A DNA stretch of 64,000 bases from Sphyrna mokarran (taxonomy: Eukaryota), in contig JAGIQG010000001.1 in the NCBI GenBank assembly GCA_024679065.1, positions 152,396,001 to 152,460,000 of the forward strand, in the 5' to 3' direction. Below are positions 52,810 through 64,000 of this stretch, piece after piece (within the stretch, counting starts at the first letter, position 1; every line of letters starts with the position of its first letter). A program made the translations under genes and the position numbers. The notes beneath the pieces are model-generated. The model was not told the DNA's origin and did not search any database. It was given only the letters and a program-made list of their open reading frames with translations.

Positions 52810-53445
52810 GTAGCTTTAGCTCAATGGTGGTATACATGTCTGTGTCAAGAATCATGGGTTCAAGCCCAATTACACAGATTTGAACACACAATCCATATTG
52901 AAACTTCAGTGATGTATAAGCCATTGCTGTACTCGGAGCCATCTCTTGAATGTAACATGAAACTGACATCTCTTCTGCCCGGTGAGGTTTGTATGAAAGA
53001 TCCCATGGAATGAGAGAGTGAGTGCAGGAATTTCTCTAGTGGCCTATCCCTTCACTATGACTCATAACTGATTAATTGGTCATCTATCTCGTTTGCAGAA
53101 CCTATTGTGTGTAAATGGGCTACTGTATTTCTCAACATGGGGTGTCACAGTGGTTATCACTGCTGCCTCACAATGCAAAGGACCCACGTTCAATTCTGGC
53201 CTTTGGTGATTCTGTGTGGAGTTTGCATATTTTCCCCATGTCTGTGTGGGTTTCCTTCAGGTGCTCCAGTTTCCTCCCACAGCACAAAAGTGCAGGTTAG
53301 GAGCCTGAGCGGGATGCTCTGGCAGAGAGTTGGTGCAGCCTAGATGGGCCGAATGGCTGCCTTCTGCACTTATTCTATGATTCATTGCAGCAGTAACTAA
53401 ATTTTAAAGTATTTGATTGTGAAATATGCTATGTAAAAGCAAATT
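52810..53445 (+). mobile_element. DeuSINE (SacSINE1/AmnSINE1-like), interrupted by HE1 at about 53139-53382
   Basis: tRNA-like head (TAGCTCAATGG, GGGTTCAAGCCC), Deu-domain motif AAAGATCCCATGG; tail resumes after the HE1 and ends GCTATGTAAAAGCAA. Confidence 0.65.
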
Positions 53446-55329
53446 ATTATTGTTGTTTTGTTTCGAGAACACAATAGACCTTCCTAGTCTCTGGGAAAAC
53501 CTCAGCTCCACAACATTCTTTCTGCTTTCACTTTTTCCAGTAATATTTTTCTGAAATGTGACACAAATGATTTCCAAATAGTAGTCATGTTTGTTTAGAT
53601 TAATTTTGAACTTGCTCATATTCTCATCTCCCTATTTTTATAATCAGTACACGTCTCTCCTAACCTTTGCTGTTATAACCTGAATTCCCTTTTATATATT
53701 CTGTTTTTATGATATGCTTGTAATGACTGTTGTGATATGTTTTACCTTTTTAGAGAGATCCTACTTTCAGAAGCAGTCATTTCAGAAAATGAAAATTAGC
53801 AAAGCATTGTTAATTTGTTTTGTACTCATAACCTGTTTACATAAAATGAAAGAGACACCCAACTGAACATAATTAATAACTTCGTGAAATATTAACAAGA
53901 CATCATCGCCTTTGGCACAGCCGTTTCTAGCCTCCCGGATGTCCTCCCCCTCTCTGCCCCTCGTTGTCAGAGAGATCTGATCCAACAGAGTTGGTCAGAG
54001 GCATGACTGGGCAGCCTGGCAGTGCCCACTGGGCATCTCAAAGGGCAGTGCCAAGTGGGTGGGGCCTGAGAGGGGGTGAGGCTGTATGGGGTGGGGGTGT
54101 GGTGATGGTGGCAAGGAGTAAGGGGTAGTGTGTAGCGGGGAAGGATTGGCAAAGCGGGGTGCAGTTGAGGGGGTGGGCTACGGAGGGTGTTGCAATGGGG
54201 GGATGATCGGGAGGGTTTCCTCTGAATTTGGGACTCTTTTGACACTTAATTTTAAATTCAAACCACAGCCTTCTGATTCAGGTGAAAGTGTCACCCATAA
54301 ACCAAGATGATACTTGCTATTCTTCAAATTTAATCTGTTGTATGAAATGCTTTGAAACAGCAAATGGGCTAAAATTAGAATGAAGAAATGTTCAAATGAT
54401 GCAGCTGAAATACAAGCCCAGATTGACTGGTGAATGTTTTGGGTTTACTGAAGGGTCACACTGGAAACATTCGACCTTTTTCTCAGTTATTATTGATAGA
54501 CCTGTCGTGCATTGTACTACACTCATTTCCTGTTCAGTGCAGTGTGTATTTTGGGAGGTACGTGCAGAAACTAAAGTGGAGCCTGAACTGATTGAGTTGA
54601 ATGACATAGAAACATAGAAGTTAGGAGGAGGCTATCTGGCTCTTTTGAGCTTGCTGTGCCATTCATTAAGATCATGACTGTTCATCAATAGCCTAATCCT
54701 GCTATTTCCGCAAAACCTTTGAAACGACATAGGATATACAGCATGTTTCTATGTTGTATATTCCATGTAATTCAATCTAAAATTGTTCTTGATTACAAGA
54801 AGATATTAACAAAGCTTTTCACTCTGAACTTGTGTGATTTTCTATATTATTAATATGATGAATGATCTGATTTTATTAACATTACTTTATAGAAATGCCA
54901 TCATTTTTAATCTATTCATTACTTTGTAACATTTCTGGGCCTTTTTTTCTACTTTCTTTTTGACTTTAATGTTCTTTGATTCCCTGTTTTATTTCTGTTG
55001 TTCCTATAATACTGTCACAGCAAATGTTTTAGTGAATTGTCTTCTGCCTGGAAGGTTGACAGATGATTAAAGCACTGCTCAGGATCATTATATCACATTA
55101 ATTATGAACTTTAATAGAGGAGAGATGTTTGAAATTATTTCTTAGAATGCTGTGAATCTTGGATCTATTATCAATTCATGGCTGTGCAGCCTTTGATCAG
55201 ATAATGTTCTGGGCTCTTACTGAAAATTTATGTCAATTTAATTAGCTGGTCAGGTCTCTAGTTTGTATAAGCATGGCTACTAAATCCGTTTTTAATTATC
55301 CCATTGTTGCAACTGTGCATTCGTCTCCA

Positions 55330-55550
55330 AACACCCTAAGCTCAGGAAATCCCTCCCTAAATCTCTCTCGTTCTCTCTCTCTCTGTCTCTCAAATGCTCT
55401 TTAAAACTTCTCTTTTTGCCCAAACATTTGGCCGTCTCTCCTAATATCTCATTTATGTGGCTTATGTTAAATTTTATTTGACAATCACTCCTGTGAAGTG
55501 TTTTATGATGTTATGCTATTTCAAAGTTGCTTTGTAAATGCAAGTTGTTA
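55330..55550 (+). mobile_element. L2 LINE 3' end
   Basis: CCCTCCCTAAATCTCTC...CTCCTGTGAAGTG...TGTAAATGCAAGTTGTT, typical L2 3' UTR. Confidence 0.7.
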
Positions 55551-57078
55551 TTAGGCTATGCTCCCGAGAGTGTGGCTGACAAATTGAGGATGGCAATGTC
55601 AAAACTTCACTCACTCTACTGAAAAAATAGAGCAAATAATCACGGAAATGAATTTCCTTGTGGTTTCTCACAATGTGCCACTGGTTCTTTGGGAGAACCC
55701 CCTCAATCCCTTCACAAAGATTGCATACCTTTCTTCTCTGTAATATTTATAAGCTGTCATCTCCACCTCATCAGCTAATGAAACCTTCCAACTGCGCCTT
55801 CAGACCAGATTATTTCAATGTTTGGCCAGGTTGCTCTGTGCCCCACAGAAAGGTTAATTCATTCTGTGCTGATTTCTGCATTACTCCTGTCCTCACTGAT
55901 CCCCACAGGCTTTAGATATCCTGCTATCTCGAATGTAAAATTCTCAACTTTTGTTTGAATTCCTTTATGATCTTATTGCTCTTTAACCTCATTCAGTTCC
56001 GTAAATCCCCAATAGTCAAGGTCTCAATTCCTCAGGTGTCAGTTGGCACATTATCAGGAAAGGCAGCATGTAAATGCACATTATCTCTTTCTTTCTGTTG
56101 TGAATTCTTCTTCCTTCTGCCTCACCTTAGGTGGTTACCCATTCAGTTAACTAGCTCTCATGTTCTGAAATTTCTTTCCTAACCCCTTCTATCTTTTCAC
56201 CTCTGTACATTCTGGTTTAGGCAGCCCTTGGAGCCAACCTCTTTGACAACAGTTTTGATGAGCCCTTTTCAATATGTGCTTTGCTTAAATCTTTGTGGTG
56301 CATTTTGGTTGTTTTTTCAAGTTTAAGGTGCCAATAAAAGTGAGTTATAGGGGTTTTTCCCTGAAAATAACTTTTCTTTCCTCTGCACTGACTGCATTTG
56401 TCAATTGTCAGACTACTCCATGAACACTCTGAAGTCTCCTGCACCTTCTCTCACAGTTTGCCTGACTCCTTGGTACCAGAAGTAAATATCATTACCATTC
56501 ATCTGCCTGAGTCCAATCACTTATCTAAAATGAAACAGAGGAGGTCAGAATAGTTATCCCTGAAACTGCCAATCCAAAGAGAAACCTCTCTTTACCCTGG
56601 ATTTTCCATAAAATTTCCCAACACTGCAGACTTGTTCCCTTCAAAACTACCCAGGCATACTACATGTCTAGGTAGGGATGGGATGTAGTTGGATTGGCTG
56701 CGTCTGGGGCTAATTCAGAGGCCAGGATAAACTTGTATCAAAGCAAAAACCACCTCCGTTCTTTGGGATTTATATATTAATGGAATTTGGGCTGTCCAGC
56801 ACTCAACCCTCGCACTCCCTCAACCAATCCACTTCCTGTGCCATTTCCATGCATCCCCTGCATCGTCCTAGGCACTAATGCTGCTAAGCAAATTGCACAC
56901 TGCCTCGGGAAATTTGGACAGATACACACACATTTCTCTTTACTGTTCCTTGTGTACCCATTTAGTGGATGGTCCCTGAAGTTCAGCACGACTGTCCAGG
57001 TAAGTATGATCCTGACAAGTTTAAATTTAACTTGAAATACAGAATGGAGAAAATCTTCATAAATGGATTGATGGAACT

Positions 57079-57410
57079 CATAGAACCCTATAGCACAGAA
57101 AGAGGCCCGTCAAGTCTGCACTGAACACAATCCCACCCAGGCCTTACCCCCAAAGCCTTACATATTATACCCATTAATTCCTCTAACCTACACATACCTG
57201 GACACTAAGGGGCAATTTCTTAGCATGGCTAATCAACCTAACCCACACATCTTTGGACTGTGGGAGGAAACTAGAGTACCTGGAGGAAATCCATGCAGAC
57301 ATGAGGAGAACATGCAAACTCCACACAGACAGTGACCTGAGCCAGGAATCGAACCCAGGACCCTGGAGTTGTGAAGCAGTAGTGCTAACCATTGTGCTAC
57401 CATGCTGCCC
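57079..57410 (-). mobile_element. HE1 (V-SINE), full length
   Basis: Well-preserved reverse complement of the 11861 copy. Confidence 0.9.
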
Positions 57411-58154
57411 CAAATGTCACTGCACATAAGTGAGAGGAAATCTTGCTGCACACTGAACAACTTAGTTTCTGTCCCAGTTGCTTATAGTTGGTCAGTGAGG
57501 AAAAGATCCACATACATTGTCCTGTATACATTAGGTATGCTGTTCTGTCCATCAGAAGCTGGAGAAGACTAAGGTTGGATCTTAGATCCCTTTGGAGTTC
57601 TATCACAATTTATTGTTTACTGCTGAAGTGAGGATAAGCCAGTGCATATGTTGAAAATATTATCCTTGAACTGATGTAGATAAAGAATTTGGAAATCTAG
57701 GCACTTTGTATGGTTCAACATCTGCACTGATATTTAATTCTTATACTGACTGTATTTACAATAGAGTTATGCAGGTCACATTCTCACAGAAATGCTTCTG
57801 GGATTAGTAGGTTTGGATTGACCATGCTGAAACAGCAGTTTTCTCACCGCATGCCACATTTTACTATTTTCTTGAATATTTGAAATTTTTTTCCTCTATT
57901 TACAGCAATGTTACCATGCCGTACTGGGCAATATGATTGATCCACTGTCCATTTATAAATAGAATGCAACAAGGGCATCTTAAAATAAAACAAAAACAGA
58001 GTCCTGCTGTCAAAATATAGGCATGTTTGAATGCAAGAATACTTTGGCAAGAATAACGTTTTAAAACCTAATGTAACATGTCAGTTTGAGAACATGCAGT
58101 TACCAGTCAAATGCTGTTGAGAATTCCTTTCACTTTGAGTAATTTATATTTCAG

Positions 58155-58266
58155 CCCTCTAGATGGTTCAAGCAAAGTGGGGACCATAGTGGTCAGCAAT
58201 CTTAAAATGGGAGAGAATGAAAATGAAGAAACAGACCATACACCTGGTGAATCATTGAGGCAAAAG
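58155..58266 (+). CDS. INPP4B: INPP4B next coding exon (112 nt, phase 2 to 0)
   Basis: Acceptor TTTCAG, donor AAG|GTAAAA. Joins the previous exon in frame (AG+C = Ser), then PLDGSSKVGTIVVSNLKMGENENEETDHTPGESLRQK, versus recalled human [37 protein letters not shown] (same length). Confidence 0.92.
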
Positions 58267-58370
58267 GTAAAAAAAAACTGTGTAAATCTCCATTTAGAGT
58301 TTCTATTTTTAATGTTTATTTAAATCCAGCTTAGAACTTAGCAGTTCATTGTTTATCTTGTTTATGACTG

Positions 58371-58534
58371 TGTTGCAAATATAAGGACAACAGTACTACT
58401 TTTTGTGTGTTTTGTGAGAGGTCTTTTATTGAACTAATCTTAAGATGTCTACTTCCAGAGGTAGGGTACTCATGGCAAGGTCACATGACAATAGTAAGCC
58501 AGTTAGTTAGTATAGCATTTCCAAAACAGAAACA
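58371..58534 (-). repeat. 3' LTR of the Gypsy element
   Basis: Shares ATCTTAAGATGTCT.CTTCCAGAG and TCACATGAC blocks with 62776-62938. Confidence 0.8.
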
Positions 58535-59619
58535 TGCCTGAAACAACTGCTCAGAGACCAATGCCCCCTCACTAGATTTCCTTTATTTACAAACTCTAGA
58601 ATGCTTTACGTACAACAGCAGAATCGGGACTACCAGTGGACCTAACACACTCATATGCAGATCAGCCTTCCTTATTGGATAGGCAATTGTGGCCTCAATC
58701 AGGGAGCTCATACTCCAAAACGCCAACCGAATTGGCCTCACTTAAATCATTACAATGTCCACTTCTATTTTAAAATAGATTCCTTTTTTACCCAGGAAAC
58801 AAAGGACATATATATGCATGCATGCATGACACTGTGTGACTGTGGATTGCCCAAGTTACCCATTACAAATTTACTGTTGTCATGCATTGTCAATTGTTTA
58901 GTATACTAGTCAGTCTCTGCACATTGCACACACAGCTTTTAACCCATGCAAGTCTCTTAATGAAATATATGTTCTTTGACTTTAGCTGTTCTTCTGGATG
59001 AGATTCTTTGTCCCAAAAATGTCATTCCCATGGCCTTTGTTGCCATAGTGACAGTTACTGGGGACTTGTGGACTTCTGGGATTGATAATAGTTCTGTACT
59101 TAATTCAGCTAGTGAGATATTTTCTAACAACTCCGAGTGCAATGAAGGAGCAGCTTCAGTACTTGAGTGTCTACGCCTGCAATTGCACCTGTTTATATGA
59201 TGGTTTGTTGACCTTCCACTTTGAGTTTCCAATTGTGCAAATGTGGATCATACTTTTCTATATATTGTCCCTGAAATTTGTTTGGTTAGATCCCATACAG
59301 CTTGGTTCATTGAAAACTTCAGTTTATTGTATGTTTTCCAAGGCATATTGCTGGAATCTTGTCCTTCAACTCTTTAGTTCAACTCTGATTTCGCTGTAAA
59401 ACATTTACCTTTGCCTTGCACATTGCCTTAACATGATTAGTTGCACCGTGTCGTTTAACTGAATATTATCTCCCTCTTTCTATGACCTTTTTCTGCCATT
59501 TCTCTCAGGGTTTCTGATGTCATATTGGCATGCTCAAGGTTACTAGCCCAAAGTTTAGATTTGCTTCATCTAGGATGAGTGGCTGCTGCGACCTATCTGT
59601 GGTCTGGAACTGAAGATTT

Positions 59620-60270
59620 TTCTTCCTTGTAATTGCATTGGGCTATACTTCGGTACTTGAATTCTCATACTCAGTTACAGGATACTGCGCCCCTGTTTGG
59701 TCAAGATCATCCTGTTAACAACCTTTATCATTGGAATGCTATTATCAACACTACTTGCATGGCTCTCTGTCCTCACAAATATCATTCCTCCACATATCTT
59801 TGCAGACTTGCAACAATCTGCAAAACAATTGAAAAAGTTGCAGTGTCCCTCACCTGCCAATTCATGCCCTTCTATCAGCCCATGAAAACTATGACTCCTA
59901 TCAAGAAGGCCTACCTGATTAATTCTCCCACAAAGGACTTCAACACAAATTCCAGTTGGACAAATGAATAGGAATCATTGAACATAATAAACAAATACGT
60001 GGTATCGAACCCAACCCAATGGCTGCCTGGTTTCAAACTTCCAAGGAAAGAGTGGTATGCTCTCAACAGGTTCTGGACCAGCCACAGCCCCTGCTTGGCC
60101 AACCTCAACAGCTGGGGCATTAGTGTCAACCCTCTGTGTCTATGGGATAGAGCAAACTATGTAGCACATCATAGAATGCTCAATCTGCAGACTCAGTGGA
60201 GGACTATCTGCTCTCAACAGGACTAGAAAAAAACTGCTTTGTTTAGGGATTGTGGATTAGCTAAATAAAT
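59620..60270 (+). mobile_element. 3' end of a non-LTR retrotransposon (Ingi/Vingi-like; clade uncertain), nested in the Gypsy element
   Basis: WLSVLTNIIPPHI, NPTQWLPGFKLPRKEWYALNRFWTSHSPCLANLNSWG C-terminal motifs; (TAAA)n tail at 60262-60269. Confidence 0.65.
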
Positions 60271-60519
60271 TGGGCTGTCAAACTAATTTACCCCCTCTGA
60301 TTATTGTACCAACATTTAGCCTCAATCTTACTCTCAAGTCCTTCATTTTCAGATCTCCATGTTGAGCCACACATTTGTGAAAAATCATTTTATTGCATGA
60401 TGCACCAGTGTCTATTTGACATTTCTTGTTTACTTGATGATAATTTCCTTCTGTGGTCATCATGGTAACAGCCACAAACTATTTGTCACCTGTAAAGTTG
60501 ACTGAGCCAACCTGAATAT

Positions 60520-61764
60520 TTTGTGAAGGGTAGGTCGTGCCTTACTAACCTCATTGAGTTTTTTCAAAAAGTGACTAAACAGGTGGATGGGGGTAAGGCG
60601 GTTGATGTGGTATATATGGACTTTAGTAAGGCGTTTGATAAGGTGGCCCATGGAAGGCTTCTGCAGAAAATGCAGATGTAGGGGATAGAGGGTGATTTAG
60701 CTAATTGGGTTAGGAATTGGCTAGCAGATAGAAGACAGAGGGTGGTGGTTGATGGGAGAGATTCATCGTGGAGTTCGGTGACAAGTGGTGTACCTCAGGG
60801 GTCTGTTTTGGGGCCCCTGCTGTTTGTAATTTTAATAAATGATCTGGATGAGGGTATTGAAGGATGGATTAGTAAATTTGCAGATGACACTAAAGTCGGT
60901 GGAGTGGTAGATAGTGAAGAGGGGTGGTATAGGTTGCAGAGAGACTTGGACAAGTTGCAGAGCTGGGCCGAGAGGTGGCAAATGGAGTTTAATGTGGAAA
61001 AGTGTGAGGTAATGCACTTTGGCCGGAATAATAAATGTGTAGAGTATAGGGCTAATGGTAGGATTCTTAATAGTGTTGATGAACAGAGGGATCTTGGTGT
61101 ATATGTGCATAGATCCCTGAAAGTTGGCAATCAAGTCGGTAAGGTTGTTAAGAAGGCAGATGGAGTCTTAGCTTTTATTGGTAGGGGGATTGAATTTCGG
61201 AGCCGCAACGTCATGTTGCAACTGTACAAAACTCTAGTGCCGCCGCACTTGGAGTATTTTGTGCAGTTCTGGTCCCCGCATTATAAGAAAGATGTGGAGG
61301 CATTGGAGAGGGTACAGAGGAGGTTTACCAGGATGTTGCCTGGTATGGAGGGCAGGTCTTATGAAGAGAGGCTGAGGGATTGAGGTTGTTTTCGTTAGAA
61401 AGAAGGTGGCTAAGAGGAGACCTTATTGAAACATATAAGATGATTAGAGGTTTAGATAGGGTGGACAGTGATAGCCTTTTTCCTAGGATGGAGAAAGCTA
61501 GCACGAGGGGGACACAGCTTTTAATTAAGGGGTGATAGTTATAGGACGGATATCAGAGGTAGGTTCTTTACCCAAAGGGTGGTTCGGGAGTGGAATGCCC
61601 TGCCTTCAGCAGTTGTAGATGCGCCAAGTTTGGTGGCATTTAAGAGGTTAGTTGATAAGTATATGGAAGAGAAGGGAATGGTTTAGTTTGGAGGGGCATT
61701 GCTTTTTATATTGGTCGGCGCAACATCGAGGGCCGAAGGGCCTGTTCTGTGCTGTAATGTTCTA
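60520..61764 (+). mobile_element. Young 5'-truncated CR1/HER1 LINE (RT domain to 3' end), with TGAATAT target-site duplication
   Basis: FVKGRSCLTNL, DFSKAFDKV, GVPQGSVLGPLLF, KFADDTK, QFWSPHY; one in-frame TAG at 60678 and frameshifts near 61381 and 61510; TGAATAT at 60513-60519 and 61765-61771. Confidence 0.95.
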
Positions 61765-62775
61765 TGAATATAGTTATTTGTCAGACAGTCTGCTGACATC
61801 TCTCCAGTGGCCATCTTTATAGACTTGTTTTGCTTTTTTCTAGTCAAACACTTGTGCATGAAATAATTCAGCTTCTTACAGTTAAACTGTTTTTCTCATA
61901 CTGAACAATTCTTATTGTCCCGTGGATGTTGTCTTTCACAGTATTTGCATCTAGCCCTTTGTGACATCTTATCACATTTGGCCTATTAGCATAATAAATC
62001 TGCTGTTGTGTTCTGCCATACATATATTCTAGCTGTTGTTTCACAACTTCTGCATTTCAACACATGTTTATTGCTTTATTTAACATCTGTCTCTCATTCT
62101 ACAGTAGACTTGCTCTCATTGAGAGGTCTCATGCATCTAGGACCAATCTATCTTTAATCAGATTGTCTTTTAGCTGCCTAAGTTTACATTATGCAGTAAC
62201 ACAGCTGGTAAAATAATATGTCATCCAAAGATCTTGTTTTCAATCTGGATTTTAGTGTTAAGTACATATTATTCATATGTAACATTCATGTAGTGTTCAA
62301 AATGGGCATTTGAGACTTTTACAATTTCTGCCTTCTCTTCTTTGCATGGTCTGTAGAAGTTTGGGTGATATAACAATCTTTTCCCATTATCTACTCCTGT
62401 TGGTTCAAGTTTATTAATTATGTTGCAATCCTATAGTTTTGCCATTGTAAGTTTAAAAAGCTGCCACATCCACCATTGTCCAATGTTACTGGAAATAGAA
62501 TTATAATATTTACAGCACTCAGTTTTTTATTCACTTAGTAGTTTACGTGCAGTCTTTGTATGTGTTTCCTTTTCTCTTAGACTTCAAATGTGCGTATTTT
62601 GTCCTTTTTTTTTACAGACGGTAATTTCACCTACAGCCTATGTGCTTTTCTTTTGTCTCTTGTAGCCTTTTTTTTGTTCTTTACAGCAGATTTTGGATCT
62701 TTTGCGCTCCTGGGCTCTCAGGAGCTCCTTTTTGCTGGATTCAAAATTCTATTCCCTGTCTACTCCCTGACATTA

Positions 62776-62938
62776 TGTTGCAAGTATAAAGACAGCTGCA
62801 GTAATTTAATATGTTTCTGTGAGAGTTTTATCAACTGATCTTAAGATGTCTGCTTCCAGAGATAAAGTCCTTGGTAGAATCACATGACTGTGGCAAGCCA
62901 ATTAATTTGTATAGCATTGAATTTCAAAAACCCATACA
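62776..62938 (-). repeat. 5' LTR of the Gypsy element
   Basis: Adjacent to the PBS-like motif; direct repeat of 58371-58534. Confidence 0.8.
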
Positions 62939-63529
62939 TCCTCCTTTTCATGTATTAAAAACAGGTTCAAACATTGACAGTGTTTTATTTACCCAACACG
63001 ATTCACATTAACAGCACTTGGGTACGTTGCAAAAATTTTAATGGAATATGAGTTTTCAGAATGAAAAAGTACCATTTTGCTTATTTTGTTATTTAAACTT
63101 TTCATGACCTCAAAATATTGTCCACTTGTAGTGGAAGAGCAATGCTATACAGATAAAATTTCCCCTATATGAAAATTCTTTGATATGTACACACTTCTCG
63201 TCAGGTAACACTTCTGGTAACATTTTCTTAACTCACTTTTTAGAACATACTTATTCCATCACAGGAATGTCATCACACCTACCTGTCATGTTTTATCATT
63301 GTGATTTAAACATAGCTCTTCACTTCATTTATCTTTAATTTTATCTCCAAGGTCTGTCTCTAATGTTGCTTACTTATTCCTGAGGCATCTCACCTGCCTT
63401 GTCAACATAGTTGGTGGTGAAATGCTATATATTCAATATTTGATGGAGGAAAATGGGGATTTCGTCTACCAGATGAAAAGTTGGAGAAAGTTTTGCGTCG
63501 TCTGCTTGGCTTTCTGAACAAATGGCCAC

Positions 63530-64000
63530 ATTTCCCCAATAAGAGATGTTGGACTGACTGGCTTAAGGTTTCTGTTTTCTATCTTTCTGCTTTCTGGAAT
63601 AGGATCATTACATTTAGAATTTTCCAATCTTTTGGCATCTTTCCAGTATCTCGGGATTTTTGGAAGATTGCAACCAATGTATTTAATATTTGTGCAGACA
63701 CCTCTTTTAAGATGCCAGAATAAAGATCATCAGGTCAGCCTTTAGTTCCTCCCTCTCTTTTATCCCTTGATTTCCCATTCTTTGTGTTCTCCACAGTGAA
63801 GATGAATACAAAACACATATTCAAAGTCTTTGCCATTTCCTTGTTTCCCAATATTAAGTCCCCGATCTCATGCTCAAAGGGAACTATATTATTTAACTTT
63901 TTTTTATACTTAAGCTGTTATTATCTATTTCTTGCTAGTTTACACTCATATTTGAATTTCTCCCTCTTTGTATTAGTTATCCATTGAATGTTCCTAAATT
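63530..64000 (-). mobile_element. Decayed CR1 LINE fragment (upstream of RT)
   Basis: TTTTCCAATCTTTTGGCATCTTTCCAGTATC...ATCATCAGGTC and CACAGTGAAGATGAATACAAAA, reverse-strand CR1 motifs. Confidence 0.55.

Larger units (their letters stand above)
4802..58154 (+). other. INPP4B: 53,353-nt phase-2 GT-AG intron of INPP4B
   Basis: Defined by the two exons above, whose peptides are contiguous in the homologue. Confidence 0.88.
58371..62938 (-). mobile_element. Internally deleted Gypsy LTR retrotransposon with nested insertions
   Basis: Direct repeats 58371-58534 and 62776-62938 (TGTTG...ACA); decayed PBS TAATGTCAGGGAGTA (compare tRNA-Leu TGGTGTCAGGAGT); gag remnants LIKDRLVL, LNKAINMC and a degenerate zinc knuckle CKKLNYFMHKC; protease CQIDTGASCN. 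Confidence 0.8.

Noticed and set aside
60742-61383. 213-aa RT ORF as a functional gene, retron or defence RT
   Set aside because: It is part of a 5'-truncated CR1 LINE with an upstream stop, downstream frameshifts and a TSD.
58267-64000. Following INPP4B exon (CALVCE-like)
   Set aside because: Not seen; the region is almost entirely transposon-derived.
1-64000. CRISPR array, rRNA, operon or prokaryotic defence system
   Set aside because: No regularly spaced repeat-spacer array, no rRNA motifs and no dense coding; the sequence is vertebrate intronic DNA.

Overview
Eukaryotic, AT-rich, CpG-depleted, repeat-dense vertebrate DNA. The repeat set (HE1/V-SINEs, HER1/CR1 LINEs, DeuSINE, Penelope termini) points to an elasmobranch, probably a shark. 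Only two host coding exons are recognisable, both on the + strand: 4722-4801 (80 nt) and 58155-58266 (112 nt). They splice in frame across a 53,353-nt GT-AG intron and encode the end of the C2 domain of inositol polyphosphate 4-phosphatase type II (INPP4B). Nearly all ORFs in the supplied track are spurious or transposon-derived. The introns hold several transposon relics: a young 5'-truncated CR1/HER1 LINE with a close inverted partner on the other side of the second exon; an internally deleted antisense Gypsy LTR element with nested insertions; a nearly full-length decayed pogo (POGK-like) transposase; Harbinger Myb/SANT relics with a related MITE family; Penelope termini carrying degenerate minimal hammerhead ribozymes; and many SINEs. 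A few repeat-free blocks look like conserved enhancers or cryptic exons. I see no firm evidence of a wholly new system. The best leads are the exon-flanking inverted LINE pair, the hammerhead relics and the candidate poison exon. All family names come from recall of consensus motifs, not database searches, and most repeat boundaries are approximate.
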